DNA from: Nemertoderma westbladi
Taxonomy: Eukaryota; Animalia; Xenacoelomorpha
Assembly: GCA_032718475.1 (NCBI GenBank)
Contig: JAUCBJ010001497.1
Location: 1-64,000, forward strand
Reading direction: 5' to 3'
DNA length: 64,000 nt
Part shown: piece by piece, positions 34,069 through 47,270 of the stretch
Numbering within the stretch: position 1 is the stretch's first letter
How the letters are laid out: every line of letters begins with the position of its first letter
Notes under the pieces: generated by a model
Told to the model about the DNA's origin: nothing
The model's input: the letters and a program-made list of their open reading frames with translations, nothing else
The model's database searches: none
Made by a program: the position numbers and the translations under genes

Positions 34069-36845
34069 GGCCCATGTGAAGAATACCAGACTTTCTGCTG
34101 TTATATTTCACTTTACAGTTACCCCCATGTGAAGAATACCAGAATTTCTGCCGTTATATTTAACTTTGCAGTTACCCCCATGTGAAGAATACCAGACTTT
34201 CTGCTGTTATATTTCACTTTACAGTTACCCCCATGTGAAGAATACCAGAATTTCTGCCGTTATATTTAACTTTGCAGTTACCCCCATGTGAAGAATACCA
34301 GACTTTCTGCCGTTATATTTCACTTTGCAGTTACCCCCATGTGAAGAATACCATACTTTCTGCCGTTATATTTCACTTTGCAGTTACCCCCATGTGAAGA
34401 ATACCAGACTTTCTGCTGTTATATTTCACTTTACAGTTACCCCCATGTGAAGAATACCAGAATTTCTGCCGTTATATTTAACTTTGCAGTTACCCCCATG
34501 TGAAGAATACCAGACTTTCTGCCGTTATATTTCACTTTGCAGTTACCCCCATGTGAAGAATACCAGACTTTCTGCTGTTATATTTCACTTTGCAGTTACC
34601 CCCATGTGAAGATACCAGACTTTCTGCCGTTATATTTAACTTTGCAGTTACCCCCATGTGAAGAATACCAGACTTTCTGCCGTTATATTTCACTTTGCAG
34701 TTACCCCCATGTGAAGAATACCAGACTTTCTGCCGTTATATTTCACTTTGCAGTTACCCCCATGTGAAGAATACCAGACTTTCTGCCGTTATATTTCACT
34801 TTGCAGTTACCCCCATGTGAAGAATACCAGACTTTCTGCCGTTATATTTCACTTTGCAGTTACCCCCATGTGAAGAATACCAGACTTTCTGCCGTTATAT
34901 TTCACTTTGCAGTTACCCCCATGTGAAGAATACCAGACTTTCTGCCGTTATATTTCACTTTGCAGTTACCCCCATGTGAAGAATACCAGACTTTCTGCCG
35001 TTATATTTCACTTTGCAGTTACCCCCATGTGAAGAATACCAGACTTTCTGCCGTTATATTTCACTTTGCAGTTACCCCCATGTGAAGAATACCAGACTTT
35101 CTGCCGTTATATTTCACTTTGCAGTTACCCCCATGTGAAGAATACCAGACTTTCTGCCGTTATATTTCACTTTGCAGTTACCCCCATGTGAAGAATACCA
35201 TACTTTCTGCCGTTATATTTCACTTTGCAGTTACCCCCATGTGAAGAATACCAGACTTTCTGCTGTTATATTTCACTTTACAGTTACCCCCATGTGAAGT
35301 ATACCAGACTTTCTGCCGTTATATTTAACTTTGCAGTTACCCCCATGTGAAGAATACCAGACTTTCTGCCGTTATATTTCACTTTGCAGTTACCCCCATG
35401 TGAAGAATACCAGACTTTCTGCCGTTATATTTCACTTTGCAGTTACCCCCATGTGAAGAATACCAGACTTTCTGCCGTTATATTTCACTTTGCAGTTACC
35501 CCCATGTGAAGAATACCAGACTTTCTGCCGTTATATTTCACTTTGCAGTTACCCCCATGTGAAGAATACCAGACTTTCTGCCGTTATATTTCACTTTGCA
35601 GTTACCCCCATGTGAAGAATACCAGACTTTCTGCCGTTATATTTCACTTTGCAGTTACCCCCATGTGAAGAATACCAGACTTTCTGCCGTTATATTTCAC
35701 TTTGCAGTTACCCCCATGTGAAGAATACCAGACTTTCTGCCGTTATATTTCACTTTGCAGTTACCCCCATGTGAAGAATACCAGACTTTCTGCCGTTATA
35801 TTTCACTTTGCAGTTACCCCCATGTGAAGAATACCAGACTTTCTGCCGTTATATTTCACTTTGCAGTTACCCCCATGTGAAGAATACCAGACTTTCTGCC
35901 GTTATATTTCACTTTGCAGTTACCCCCATGTGAAGAATACCAGACTTTCTGCCGTTATATTTCACTTTGCAGTTACCCCCATGTGAAGAATACCAGACTT
36001 TCTGCTGTTATATTTCACTTTGCAGTTACCCCCATGTGAAGAATACCAGACTTTCTGCCGTTTTATTTCACTTTGCAGTTACCCCCATGTGAAGAATACC
36101 AGACTTTCTGCCGTTATATTTCACTTTGCAGTTACCCCCATGTGAAGTATACCAGACTTTCTGCCGTTATATTTAACTTTGCAGTTACCCCCATGTGAAG
36201 AATACCAGACTTTCTGCCGTTATATTTCACTTTGCAGTTACCCCCATGTGAAGAATACCAGACTTTCTGCTGTTATATTTCACTTTGCAGTTACGCCCAT
36301 GTGAAGAATACCAGACTTTCTGCTGTTATATTTCACTTTGCAGTTACCCCCATGTGAAGAATACCAGACTTTCTGCCGTTATATTTCACTTTGCAGTTAC
36401 CCCCATGTGAAGAATACCAGACTTTCTGCCGTTATATTTCACTTTGCAGTTACCCCCATGTGAAGAATACCAGACTTTCTGCTGTTATATTTCACTTTGC
36501 AGTTACCCCCATATGTGAAGTATACCAGAATTTCTGCTGTTATATTTAACTTTGCAGTTACCCCCATGTGAACAATACCATAATTTCTGCTGTTATATTT
36601 CACTTTGCAGTTACCCCCATGTGAAGAATACCAGAATTTCTGCTGTTATATTTCACTTTGCAGTTACCCCCATGTAAAGAATACCAGAATTTCTGCTGTT
36701 ATATTTAACTTTGCAGTTACCCCCATGTGAAGTATACCAGAATTTCTGCTGTTATATTTCACTTTGCAGTTACCCCCATGTGAAGAATACCACACTTTCT
36801 GCCGTTATATTTCACTTTGCAGTTACCCCCATGTGAAGAATACCC
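34069..36845. repeat. 53-bp satellite array (intronic)
   Basis: Tandem CCCATGTGAAGAATACCAGACTTTCTGCCGTTATATTTCACTTTGCAGTTACC, about 52 copies. Confidence 0.97.
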
Positions 36846-37916
36846 GGTTTTCATCAAAAACAACAGGTTACAGAAGGGCTTAATCTAACCAAAACAATAA
36901 ACTAATTAGTATCTGTACAGGTTATAAGACAGAAATAAGCGCTATAAAACACTTAATAAAGATAAATTTAAAAAAATAAGAAATCTTTAAAATTCCAATA
37001 AAAAGTCGACCGAAAAGTGAAATCCTGGTATTCTTCTCATGGGCGAGTTTATCCATCATATCATAAGTCGTTACAAATTAACTCATTATTTCCATTATTA
37101 TCCCTGCCTGTCCGTGTTAATCATTATAGACTTAATGAATAGGAAATAATAATAGACTTTGTTATAGGGGGATTAGTGTCCGCTATACAAGGGACAAGAT
37201 GGGCCTAGCTATACCACAACTACCCCAACAATACATTGACTTAAAGTAGTTTTTATGGCATATTTATCCAGTGCTACTTGCTTGCGTGTTGTGTGACACA
37301 ACCTAAGACTCGAGCATATAAACAATAAAGGGAAATTTTATCACATCAACCAAACAAAGAGGGTTTTATTTCGCAAACATGATCAATATTATAAGCATCA
37401 TGGACTAAACCTAAAGGGAAATTCCTACTATCTCAATCCTATCCAGGGGATTTTAGGGGACAACTGAAGGAACTCTCCTGACTTAAATTACACCACCTGC
37501 TCTTAGTATATGGGGAACTCTGCTGTGTAAGGCCCAAACTTTCCACACAAATGATATTCACTTTATTCATGATTTATAGTAGCGCTACCTACCCAGCCCA
37601 GCCCTGATGCATAGAAATTTACATAGACAAAACAATGTGCGACCATAACTCCTCCTGTTGTTATAGTCCTCGACAACGTTGTGTTACTTAATAACTGTTA
37701 GTATAATGACATCGCAATGAATCGGTCTCTCTTATAACAGTTACATTGGTGCTAAGGGTGCCTAACGTACAACCTAATGTAACACGACGTGGTCTGTAAC
37801 CCGATCTTCTGTAAATTGATCTCTTGTAACAATTCTGAAACCTGGTATTCTGTAAATTTATCTTCTGTAACTGTAACCAGATCTTCTGCAATCTGAACTT
37901 CTGTAACTCTATATTT

Positions 37917-38784
37917 GAAGGGGGTAACCCCCCCCCCCCCCCCCATACGTTTTTTTCTTATTTTGTACATGTCTCCAATGTGGTTAAAAAATGTGTAGAA
38001 AACGATATACCAGCGAAAAGAGAATCATCAAAAGTACATAAATATTAGAAATACAATTTTTGGCGCCCCCTTGCGGCCTGCGTGAGATTGAAAAATTTCG
38101 CTAAGAAGACTAACTCCTCCGTTATTTCCCATTTTTATTTTCCGATACCACATTTTTTGGAACCAGCATGTTCATTTTCATAATATTTTTTTCACGCTCT
38201 GTTTGTGTTTTCGTTTTCTATTTCTGATAATTGGCAATTTTGTAAAAAAAATAGGGAACAGAACTAAAAATAACCATGTTTTCTTAATTTTTCATTCAAA
38301 AATGGGAAGATATTATTAAATTAAGAAAATTGCGTGAAATTACTTTTCATATAAAGCAAAAATTGCAAAAAACGGTTAAGAAATGAAGGAGAAGTAGTAT
38401 TTTTCGTGCGGAAAAATGTCATTCTGAGATAATCACCATCAAAGTTCAAACCTTCCCGCGCAAAACTGCCTGTATGGGGTCTGGTTGGTTAACAGTGTCC
38501 GACACCGACATGAAGGAAACACACCACCGAGCTAAAATTATATTTATTGGGGTTTTCGGGGTCGTTGATTCCATTTTCAATGTCAGTTTTATTATTTGGT
38601 GCAATCTGTCCGTCTGTCGGTTGTCTTACAGACAGATTGGCAGACAGATATTCAACGATAACTCGAGAACTATAATAAATCTCTCTAAACCATTTTGATA
38701 TTTGAAATCGCCATTAAATTCTGCTCTAGAATGAAAAAAAAATTTCTAAAATTTTTAGCGAGGGTGGAGTGCTACCCCCCTTAA
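37917..38784. mobile_element. Possible non-autonomous DNA element (MITE-like)
   Basis: Short inverted ends AAGGGGGTA / TACCCCCCTT(AA). The internal motif ATTCTGCTCTAGAA recurs near 33500 and, as a variant, near 31300. Confidence 0.4.
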
Positions 38785-39849
38785 AAGCCAACCTTCTGTA
38801 ATCTGACCTTCTGTGCCTTCTGGCCTTCTCTCTCCTACCTACCTACCCAGTTGAGTCTGCGTATATTCATTTATTATTACAGCACTCCCACAATACCAAC
38901 ACAGGTGAATTACATCGCGAAATTGTGTAAGTATAAGCTCAAGTGGTTTGTTTATTGTATTTTTGTTTATATCGGTAAGCAAACCACCAAGCACAGGATT
39001 TTATATTTTAACACGAACGTGTTAGTATGAGTGGATTGATGGAGGTGAGTTGGAAAGATGCAGGAGACCAGTTGGAAAGCCGAAGCTTGATAGCTTGATA
39101 ACCTTAGCCGTCTTTCTGAATCTTTATTGTCAGTAAGCAGTAACCGTATAGCTTAGTTTATATCTAATCACTGCACTACTGCACGCAAGATTATGCATGA
39201 GATCCCTGTAGGTATACATATCAAATATTAGAGCAAGCCCACCCCTTCCCCCCTAAACCTATGACTTAGAAATACGGACGTGGGAGTGAGAGCCAAGAGG
39301 ATAATGTAAATTACCCCAACATCGATGCGCCTATAATCCGGTAATGATGCAACAATTATTCCGGATGCGCAGAGAACTACAATGACCCAATGAAATATAG
39401 GTTTATTTTTTGGGCAGCGAATTCAGTGGGAAATGCCCAACTCCCACGCAAGTGCGTCATAGCTTTTTGTCCGTCCCTTCATGTGGTATTATTTAATTTA
39501 GGCGTCAGGTGTTGCTTAACTCAAATTATCATTATGATTTATTATAATTAACATTATGATGGATATCATTATTATTATCATCATTCATGATATAAAAAAT
39601 TGTATGTTAAATACTGCATGTTAAAACCATATATAAAAAATATAACACAATGATTTGACTTTATAGTCAAATCGTAATGGTAGTTCGAGATTAAAGCCAC
39701 CACTTTAAAATAAGTTGAGCAAATAAGTTTACTCTATTGCCGCTCCGCGGACAAAAGCAGACACTTCTCCTGCGCTATCTGTAATGACAAGTAACTATTA
39801 TGGCTTTACGATTTTAAAATTTTAATGTTCATTTTAACATAATAATAAT

Positions 39850-41200
39850 ATCACCATGAGTGAATTAATATAAAGCCCTTAGGGTGCCACATGGCTTTTA
39901 TGCAATCAAATTCGTATTAAAATCCTCATCTTTCGAAATTGTGGTAATGCAATTGTTTGAATTCAATGAAATTGTTGGCTTGGCCCAAGTGAAGCTGCCT
40001 TTTACTTCAATAAACGTCACTTAATGAATGGCTTATCTTGTTATTACTCTATTGCTAATGGAATGGAGTCAAAACCTAGAGTAAGAGGTGAGGGCGGAGT
40101 GGCTATGCTAATTAAAGATTGCCTTATTAGTAACATTAGCTGGATCAAAACTAATTCAGATCGTATTGTTGCAGTCAATATCAAGGGAATGTTTCGCAAA
40201 AATATTACAGTGATTGGGACGGGACCTACGGACGGGACGGGACGGGGGACGGGACGGGGGACGGGACGGGGGACGGGACGGGACGGGGGACGGGACGGGA
40301 CGGGACCTACGGACGGGACGGGACGGGAGACGGGGGACGGGGCCTTCAGCATGTGGTAATGAAGAAGATAAGACTAAATACCTGAAGACGTGCGCCTCAC
40401 ACTCAGTTCTTCACCGTGATTCTACAGATGCAGGGGCTAAAACTATAATAGAAGGTGACATTAATTGCGATATTTCCGCAGGAAGAAATCCTCAGTTACC
40501 AAAAGTAAGACATATTGATTCCTTGACTTAGAGACAACCGGGGAATCTTCGCTCACAACTAGTCCAAAGACGTCACATCGTTTCAGAGCAAAAGAAGGTA
40601 TTATTATCCGAACTTCTCTTATAGATCATATACTAACCTCTCAAACTCTCTTGGCATACCTCAACTCAAATCTATTTTACTTTCAGTAATAAGAATTCAT
40701 CAGACCATACCACCGTTTTTTCACATTTTACACTCAAGGCAGACGGATCGAATAATTCGGATCGAATAACGCAAATGCAAATATTTGGAGTAAAAGCAAG
40801 CATCCTATCTACCAGTTCAACATGGCTACCAAAGAGCAACTAGAAAACTATCAGCTAGAACTCTCATTAAACCTGACCACCAGTTGTGCAGCTTCAAAAC
40901 TTATTGACACTAAAACAAATGCTGCTCGAAAGTTTGTACATACCAAAGATTAACCCAAGGAAACATAGGCTTCATCCACCAAACATGGTTGCGCAAATAC
41001 GGGATTAAATCGGCTTAGGGAAGTTGAATATTGCACAACCAATAATGCCTAGATTAGAATCAATGATTGCACACTTCAATTATAGAAGGAAAAATCACTA
41101 TCTAAGAGGAAAATACAAAATAACTAGCTGCAAACTGCCGATCTAATCAAATCAACCAAAATTTGGGTCTTGGACGTCAATTAAAGGTTGAAAGAAGAAT
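39850..41200 (+). pseudogene. Decayed LINE APE endonuclease fragment with (GGGAC)n insertion at ~40216-40342
   Basis: RGEGGVAMLIK..SDRIVAV, IEGDINCD, IDHILTS and SDHTTV motifs across broken frames. Confidence 0.75.
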
Positions 41201-41229
41201 AAAGATACCAGATACCTTTGTTTTCTATT

Positions 41230-42295
41230 ACGTAGGTATATATATACACATATATATGTTTATTGACCCTAAGTTTGATTAAATGGCAGATAATTAAGCA
41301 AGCAGAAATTTAATTTACTTTTACAAATTGACTCTCCCGTAACTTGAATGAGATCGGACATTCTCGCAACACATAATTCTGTTTGTAACGATTTATTGTC
41401 GCAACCACAGACTCTTTGATCACTAGGGGTCCTTCACCCCCTACCCGTCTAAGCTATGGGAGATGACCCTAATTCTCGTAAACCATACATGTACTGTATG
41501 TAATCAGGTACACTCTTTGATCACTAGGGGTCCTTGACCCCTTGCCCGTCTCTATTCTTAAGCTATGGGAGATTACCCTAATTCTCGTAAACCATACACT
41601 TATGTTGTAATCAGGTAGAAATGGTTTCGAAATACGATATACAGGGTGAGGCACTAAATCCTTATTGATGTCCGTTCGATAAGTAACAAACTTGGTTGCA
41701 GTATCAGGCTTGCTATTTATCCTATTGCGTACTTCCCTATTGCGTACTTCCCTATTGCGTACTTCAATAAGTTTGTTTACATTTTGTTGCCCATTATTTG
41801 CTTCCATTAATAACCGGTATCCAGGCGTATTTGCTTGCCTGCCTACATAACTCAAAAACCTGTGTAAATGGGAGTTCAGTATCCTGATTTATCAACATCT
41901 TACTTATAAATCTTTTCCTAGCACGTGAAATTAAGTACTTCATGGGTGGTGCTCCTACTTCTACCAAACAAATATCCGTGGGGGTTTGAGCCCTAACACC
42001 AAGAATACTTTTCACCATCCTGGTATAATATTGTTCTATTAGACTGGTGTCACTCGTTAACCATTTCTGATCCATATATACGAGGCCAAATAATCCTGCA
42101 GCATCAAATTTTTTAATTGCAAAAGGTAGACTTGTGTTTGTGCTCGTAAAAATGTTAAATTTATTGACAGTTTCTCCACACTTAAGCCGGTGATGCTTAA
42201 GAGTACACTGAACCTTCCCATCAACACAAAATGGTACTCCCAAATATACATAAACCGCACAATAATTTACAACTAAATTATTAATAGTCAATGGC
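41230..42295 (-). mobile_element. LINE ORF2 3' fragment related to the 53.7-58.2-kb family
   Basis: YVYLGVPF..ILGVRAQTPTDICLVEVG..TRIRVISHSLRIETG parallels YIYLGSP..LLGVRPTTCGDICLIELG..SRFRLGSHNFPVE. Confidence 0.8.
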
Positions 42296-42329
42296 GCCTA
42301 GACTAACCTAGACTAGGGTTAATAACAAA

Positions 42330-42650
42330 AAATTTAGTGTTTTTTTTATTAATTCCCAATTCACATTACCGGCAAGGTACAGGCGCCATTAGGTCATACT
42401 ATCATCTTATCAGAACGCCTGCTTTACTTTTCCCCCAGCAAAGCCATTATACCGCTGGGTTGGACAAAGCACTAAAGTCTAAATCCTCTAAATTCCTTAA
42501 GGACACATCAGTGCGAAATTTATACAGCCTTTAGTAGGATTTGAACCTGCGGCGCTAAACACTATTGTCAAAGCGGTTCAGGCGCTGTACCGTATTCACT
42601 CGGACACTGGGACACTGGGACACTCGGACACTGGGCCACTCGGACACTAT
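42330..42650 (-). mobile_element. Probable tRNA-derived SINE in the first coding intron
   Basis: Minus strand has reiterated A-box-like AGTGTCCGAGTG/GTGGCCCAGTG, B box GGTTCAAATCC (~42537-42547), and a downstream CCAACCCAGCGGTATAATGG SINE-body-like motif. Confidence 0.55.
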
Positions 42651-42687
42651 TGGAACTATAATATGTTAGAAATAAAAATATACTTAC

Positions 42688-42870
42688 AAGTTCTTCTATA
42701 AATTCTTCCAATTGCCTTATCAATGTCGATGTTAACCCGTCCAGAGAATTCAGCAGCTGTATAGGCGTTTGTACGATGTAATCTTCTGGTTCATCCACTT
42801 GTCGTCGCACCACAAAAGATTGCGCTTGTAACACAATAAGGAGTGCTGCTACCACAGCCAAGTGCGCCAT
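42688..42870 (-). CDS. Secreted helical-cytokine-like protein, coding exon 1 (signal peptide)
   Basis: ATG at 42870 lies 8 nt after the acceptor TTTTGCTTCAG; MAHLAVVAALLIVLQAQS is signal-peptide-like; 183 nt = 61 codons; GTAAGT donor. Confidence 0.85.
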
Positions 42871-43609
42871 TTGTCTTCCTGAAGCAAAATATATTGTCAA
42901 CATTGTATCAGAAGCGAACGATACACAGTCGGAAAAGTATAAAAATGAGAATTGAAAAAAGAAAAAAAAAAGAAAAATTTATATTTATGCTTTAATATAT
43001 TTAAAATAACAGTTTATTATATTTATTAAAATCAAAATTTATCAAAATGCGAATGTGCTTGAGCCTTGGTCTAATCGAAAACGTTAACTTTATTTAGAAA
43101 GGTTTGGGAACTTTAGAGTTTCGACCATTAGTGTAAACAATCAATCGATTTACATAAAACACATACATCAGAATCTTCTTATTGTATATCGGTAATCCAT
43201 CATTGCGAAATGAATATAACAATGATGGACGGACCCTTTTATAAGTTGACAATCATTACAAATAGGACCAACCAGCTGGTGTAGAGTGAGTATTGTATCA
43301 TTGCATTCGAGGGGTTGGGATTAGTGATAAAATTTAATTCCACAAAAGAAAATTATTGATATTAGGCATGTGAACAAACGTCCTTCAACAATCAATCTCT
43401 CAACAAAATTTCAAACAGTGATAAGATCTTTAAGTCAAACCAGTTACCTACCATATACAATCTTAGTAGTTTAGGTCTCATATTTGATATATTTTTTATC
43501 GACTTATCGCGATACTTTCATTATCTTCAACAGTAGAGTTCGTTTCAGAACGGAATAATATACTTTTCATAGTGTAATTGGCATTTAACTTTTAATCTGC
43601 CCTGTATTC

Positions 43610-43700
43610 CGGTCAATGACTTCCTTGAGACGCCTCTTGAAAAGGACACTGGCCTTGAAGATGCGGATAATGCAATTTTGTCGATAAGCCGGCGTAGAAT
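43610..43700 (+). mobile_element. Small diverged RTE 3' remnant
   Basis: ATGACTTCCTTGAGACGCCTCTT..GGACACTGGCCTTGAAGATGCGGAT matches the RTE copies. Confidence 0.7.
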
Positions 43701-43854
43701 TCATTAACTAACCCGAACCTAATCTAACAAACTAATAGCTATTAATTGTACAATTTATCTTTTGTGTTGTAAACATTGTTTTTAAATCTGGACATACTAC
43801 TACTACTTAACATTCATGAACATAATTTTTACTCAATATTGTGCATATATTGTG

Positions 43855-43890
<36 letters not shown>

Positions 43891-43982
43891 ATTTATTTGA
43901 TATACAACAATAAAAAATTATTTACCAATAAACTAATACACAATTACATGAAATGAAATAAATAAGAATAAATTAAATTAAA

Positions 43983-44050
43983 TGTATGTATGTATGTGTG
44001 TATGTATGTATGTATGTATGTATGTATGTATGTATGTATGTATGTATGTA
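43983..44050. repeat. (TATG)n microsatellite; (TA)n at 43858-43888
   Basis: Read directly from the sequence. Confidence 0.95.
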
Positions 44051-45917
44051 CATCAACGGTTTTGCATGGTTATTGTACCGGTACTATGGAGTACAAAGAA
44101 TGCGGAATATTGCCTTTTTACCATTAGACTATTTACAAACCCCAGACGGAATAGATTCAGATGTATACAAATAGTTGTCAGACTAAGTCTGTAAAACAAC
44201 TTCTGCTAGGCAAAGGCCATGTTTCTATGACTAATATGAACATAGACAATAGGCATAGACCTCATTTGGCTCCGTTCTAACTTGGTAGTTCAGTAACCTA
44301 TGATAAGACGAACCTACCACACCCGGATTGCTTTCCAGATCTTTTATTTCTTATATTTAAATGTTGCTACAGGTATAAGGACTTGGGGTGATGTTTTGAC
44401 CCCATCCCCACCCATAATTAACGAAAAAATAATTATTTATTTAATTACCTGGGAAATATATAACTTTTTTTCACTATTCTCGAGGCATTTTATTTACCGA
44501 GCGTCAGCGAGGTTAATAAAGGGTCGAGAGAATATTGAAAAAATGTATATTGTATATATAGTGTTACAAAATATATTGAACTGCAGTATTTTACTATATT
44601 GCTTCCATAGTTACTGCAATTCAAATTACTGTACTCATCGACTCCTGATGTTGCCTTACTCAATGTTAAATAATTTAGATTTTCTAAAAAATATTTAAAT
44701 TTACTTTTTACGCCGGGAAAAAAATTAAAACCAATGCAATCCTATGGGTTACTTTTTCTCCCGATTTTGGAATCTTAATATTAAATAATAAGAATATAAA
44801 TTTTTATAATTTAATTTTCACGAAATTTCAAGACTTGTCATTAATCTGCTAATTTTCTTCAAAGGTTTTACGAATGCTAATTCGGATTGCGTCGAAAGTT
44901 CCCCCCTCCCCCTATCTGCCATTTTGACCCATCCATAAACCGTGGGTTAAATAGGCTTAGGGGCATAGCTGTAGAGAAGAACTCTATAGAGTTTTTTTTA
45001 TTGAGGGTCTACGTGCAAAAACATGCAAGGCCTATCGAATTAATAATTTACATTTAGTGCGGCCGCGATCTATAATTTCTCACGAAACAGATACGGTAGC
45101 CTTAATCTAATGAATGGCGATAAAACTAAACTAAACTCACTTCTGAAAGGATTGATTTTTAAAATGATGTTGTTCGATAGACTGACAGCTTTCTTCCTAT
45201 CTTCCTTTTCCTTCTAGTCGGATTCTGCGAACACGAATTCTGATGTCACTGATGGGATTCCAACGAATTAAATTTACAATATTTGAAAATATGATTAAAT
45301 ATTTAACTTGAAAAATGTAATCTGGATAAAAGGCAAAGATTACATAAATAAATTTGTAAACTTCTAAATTTATATCCAAAGGATCTTCCATTTTGTAGGA
45401 ATCTACCCAACTCCCACGCAAATGAATATCACCAATCACGGCTTGGCAAGCTATGACAGTAAACCAATGGGCATGTTCGCTTCCCAGCCCTCACAGCTGT
45501 GCTATCCTTGAGCTTCGAGTGATACTTACTTGTGACATCACAAGGGAAATTTGATTAACCCATTGTACATGCAAGGATGTGAATAACTTACTTTGTAGGC
45601 TTACCTTATGCTACCTACAAAAAGTTTCCCAGTAGACACCCAGTAGTGTTTGTCTGACAAAAATAAATTAACTGCTTCCCGGCCAGACTTATTTCGTGTC
45701 TATGTATGTAGTTATCTTAATAAGAGTAAAAAATTACAATACAAATTTGTTATACATCTATAATCATGTTTTCTTATATTTTTACTTGGAAATTTTCAGA
45801 ATTTATAAATTTTAGCTGGGAAGGCGGTTCACTCAAAGACCACACTCAATGGTGTATGTCGTACGTGTCCATGGTTGGTTTGCCTACTATAACAGTATAT
45901 ACCACCATGAAGTATTT

Positions 45918-45967
45918 AGTACTCTGCGTTGATACCACTGCTTAAGCAGTGGTATCAACGCAGAGTA
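45918..45967. other. Library adapter artefact (SMART / ultra-low-input PCR adapter, back to back)
   Basis: AGTACTCTGCGTTGATACCACTGCTT immediately followed by AAGCAGTGGTATCAACGCAGAGTA. Confidence 0.97.
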
Positions 45968-47270
45968 TATTTCATTAGTTAAACGATTTAAAAAGTACCC
46001 TTTTTTTGTAAAAACGAACCGCCCTTATATAATCCCGGGTACGGGCCTGTAAACTAGAACTGTAAAAACAAATTATATCTATTAGCTATCTATATTTCTA
46101 ATTTCATTGGGGAGGGGGGGGGGGGTTAACATAATTCAAGATATGAGAGGATTGTGTGTACGGTATTTATAAAAATTCCCCCCCCCCCCCCCCCCTTCAT
46201 AAATTCCTAGATCCGCCACTGGCTGGGCCATGCCCTGTACCCATGCTGCCAGGTGAAGATCGCAGTGGAGTGCACTCAAATTGGAGATGAGAGCACTCTA
46301 CTCCTGTCCAGCCATTGGCCATATACCCTTGCAGCCGCGTATAGGGGGGGGGTCCTTAACCCAGGAGCAAGGGCATAACTGTCCCAGTACGAAGGGGTTA
46401 TGAAGGGGGGACGATTTGTTACACGTTACAGGACCAGATTATGCCCTTAGTAAGAGGGTCTATGCACACAGGTGGCCAGGCACCATGGAGGTGGCAAGTT
46501 TTCTGAATCAATGACTAAGAATACTGAAACTAAAACTAAAACTCTGTGGCCAAAAATTTGACTAAATAAGATAATATCAGCCTAAAAGATGTGTTGGGCT
46601 CTTGAATACACGACAAGAGCGCGAGCGGTGGGATTGTCGCTTCCAATATTCCAATTCTCAAAAAGTTAAAACTAATCTCTATCCTCTTCTTCATACAAAC
46701 AATATGTTATTTAGTATTACCTAATCCTGGAGTTCAGACACATTCACTGCCCAGATGGTGACCGGTCAGCTGTAATGTCTCTCATAGAGTGTTTCGAAAT
46801 TACAACGCGCAACAGTTCTAATTCTGTCCTCATATAAAATTGGCAATTCGGTTTTATCTGTTGGCAGTATCTGTTGATATGGCAGTCTCCTCTCTGCTCT
46901 CCTTGTCGGTTTGTTTAATAACAGTATGGGTTTACCAGATCTACTCGGTCAATTATGTTCTGAATTATTCTGAAAGTATTAGAGTCTCAATTAATCACGT
47001 CCAATAGGATCTTCGTAATGTTGCAAGATATATAATGAGCAAATAACATCAACAGTTCTAAATTAACATATATAATACAGTTTGTTGTACATTTTAAATG
47101 TTCATATTTCACGGTGGCTGGAATGCCAGCTCTGTGGTTTGCCTCTGTTGTTTCCTGTTTCATTTTCATTTATCAATTTACTTTACTTATGAATTTCTGT
47201 AATTTAAACATCTTAGTTGATAATATGCGGTACAAAGTGAACGATATCTGGTTGTATGGCAATATAACTG

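Noticed and set aside
31750-36845. CRISPR arrays
   Set aside because: The units are head-to-tail with no unique spacers, there are no cas genes, and the context is a eukaryotic intron.
45918-45967. Biological 50-bp palindrome or hairpin
   Set aside because: It is an exact match to a commercial adapter sequence.
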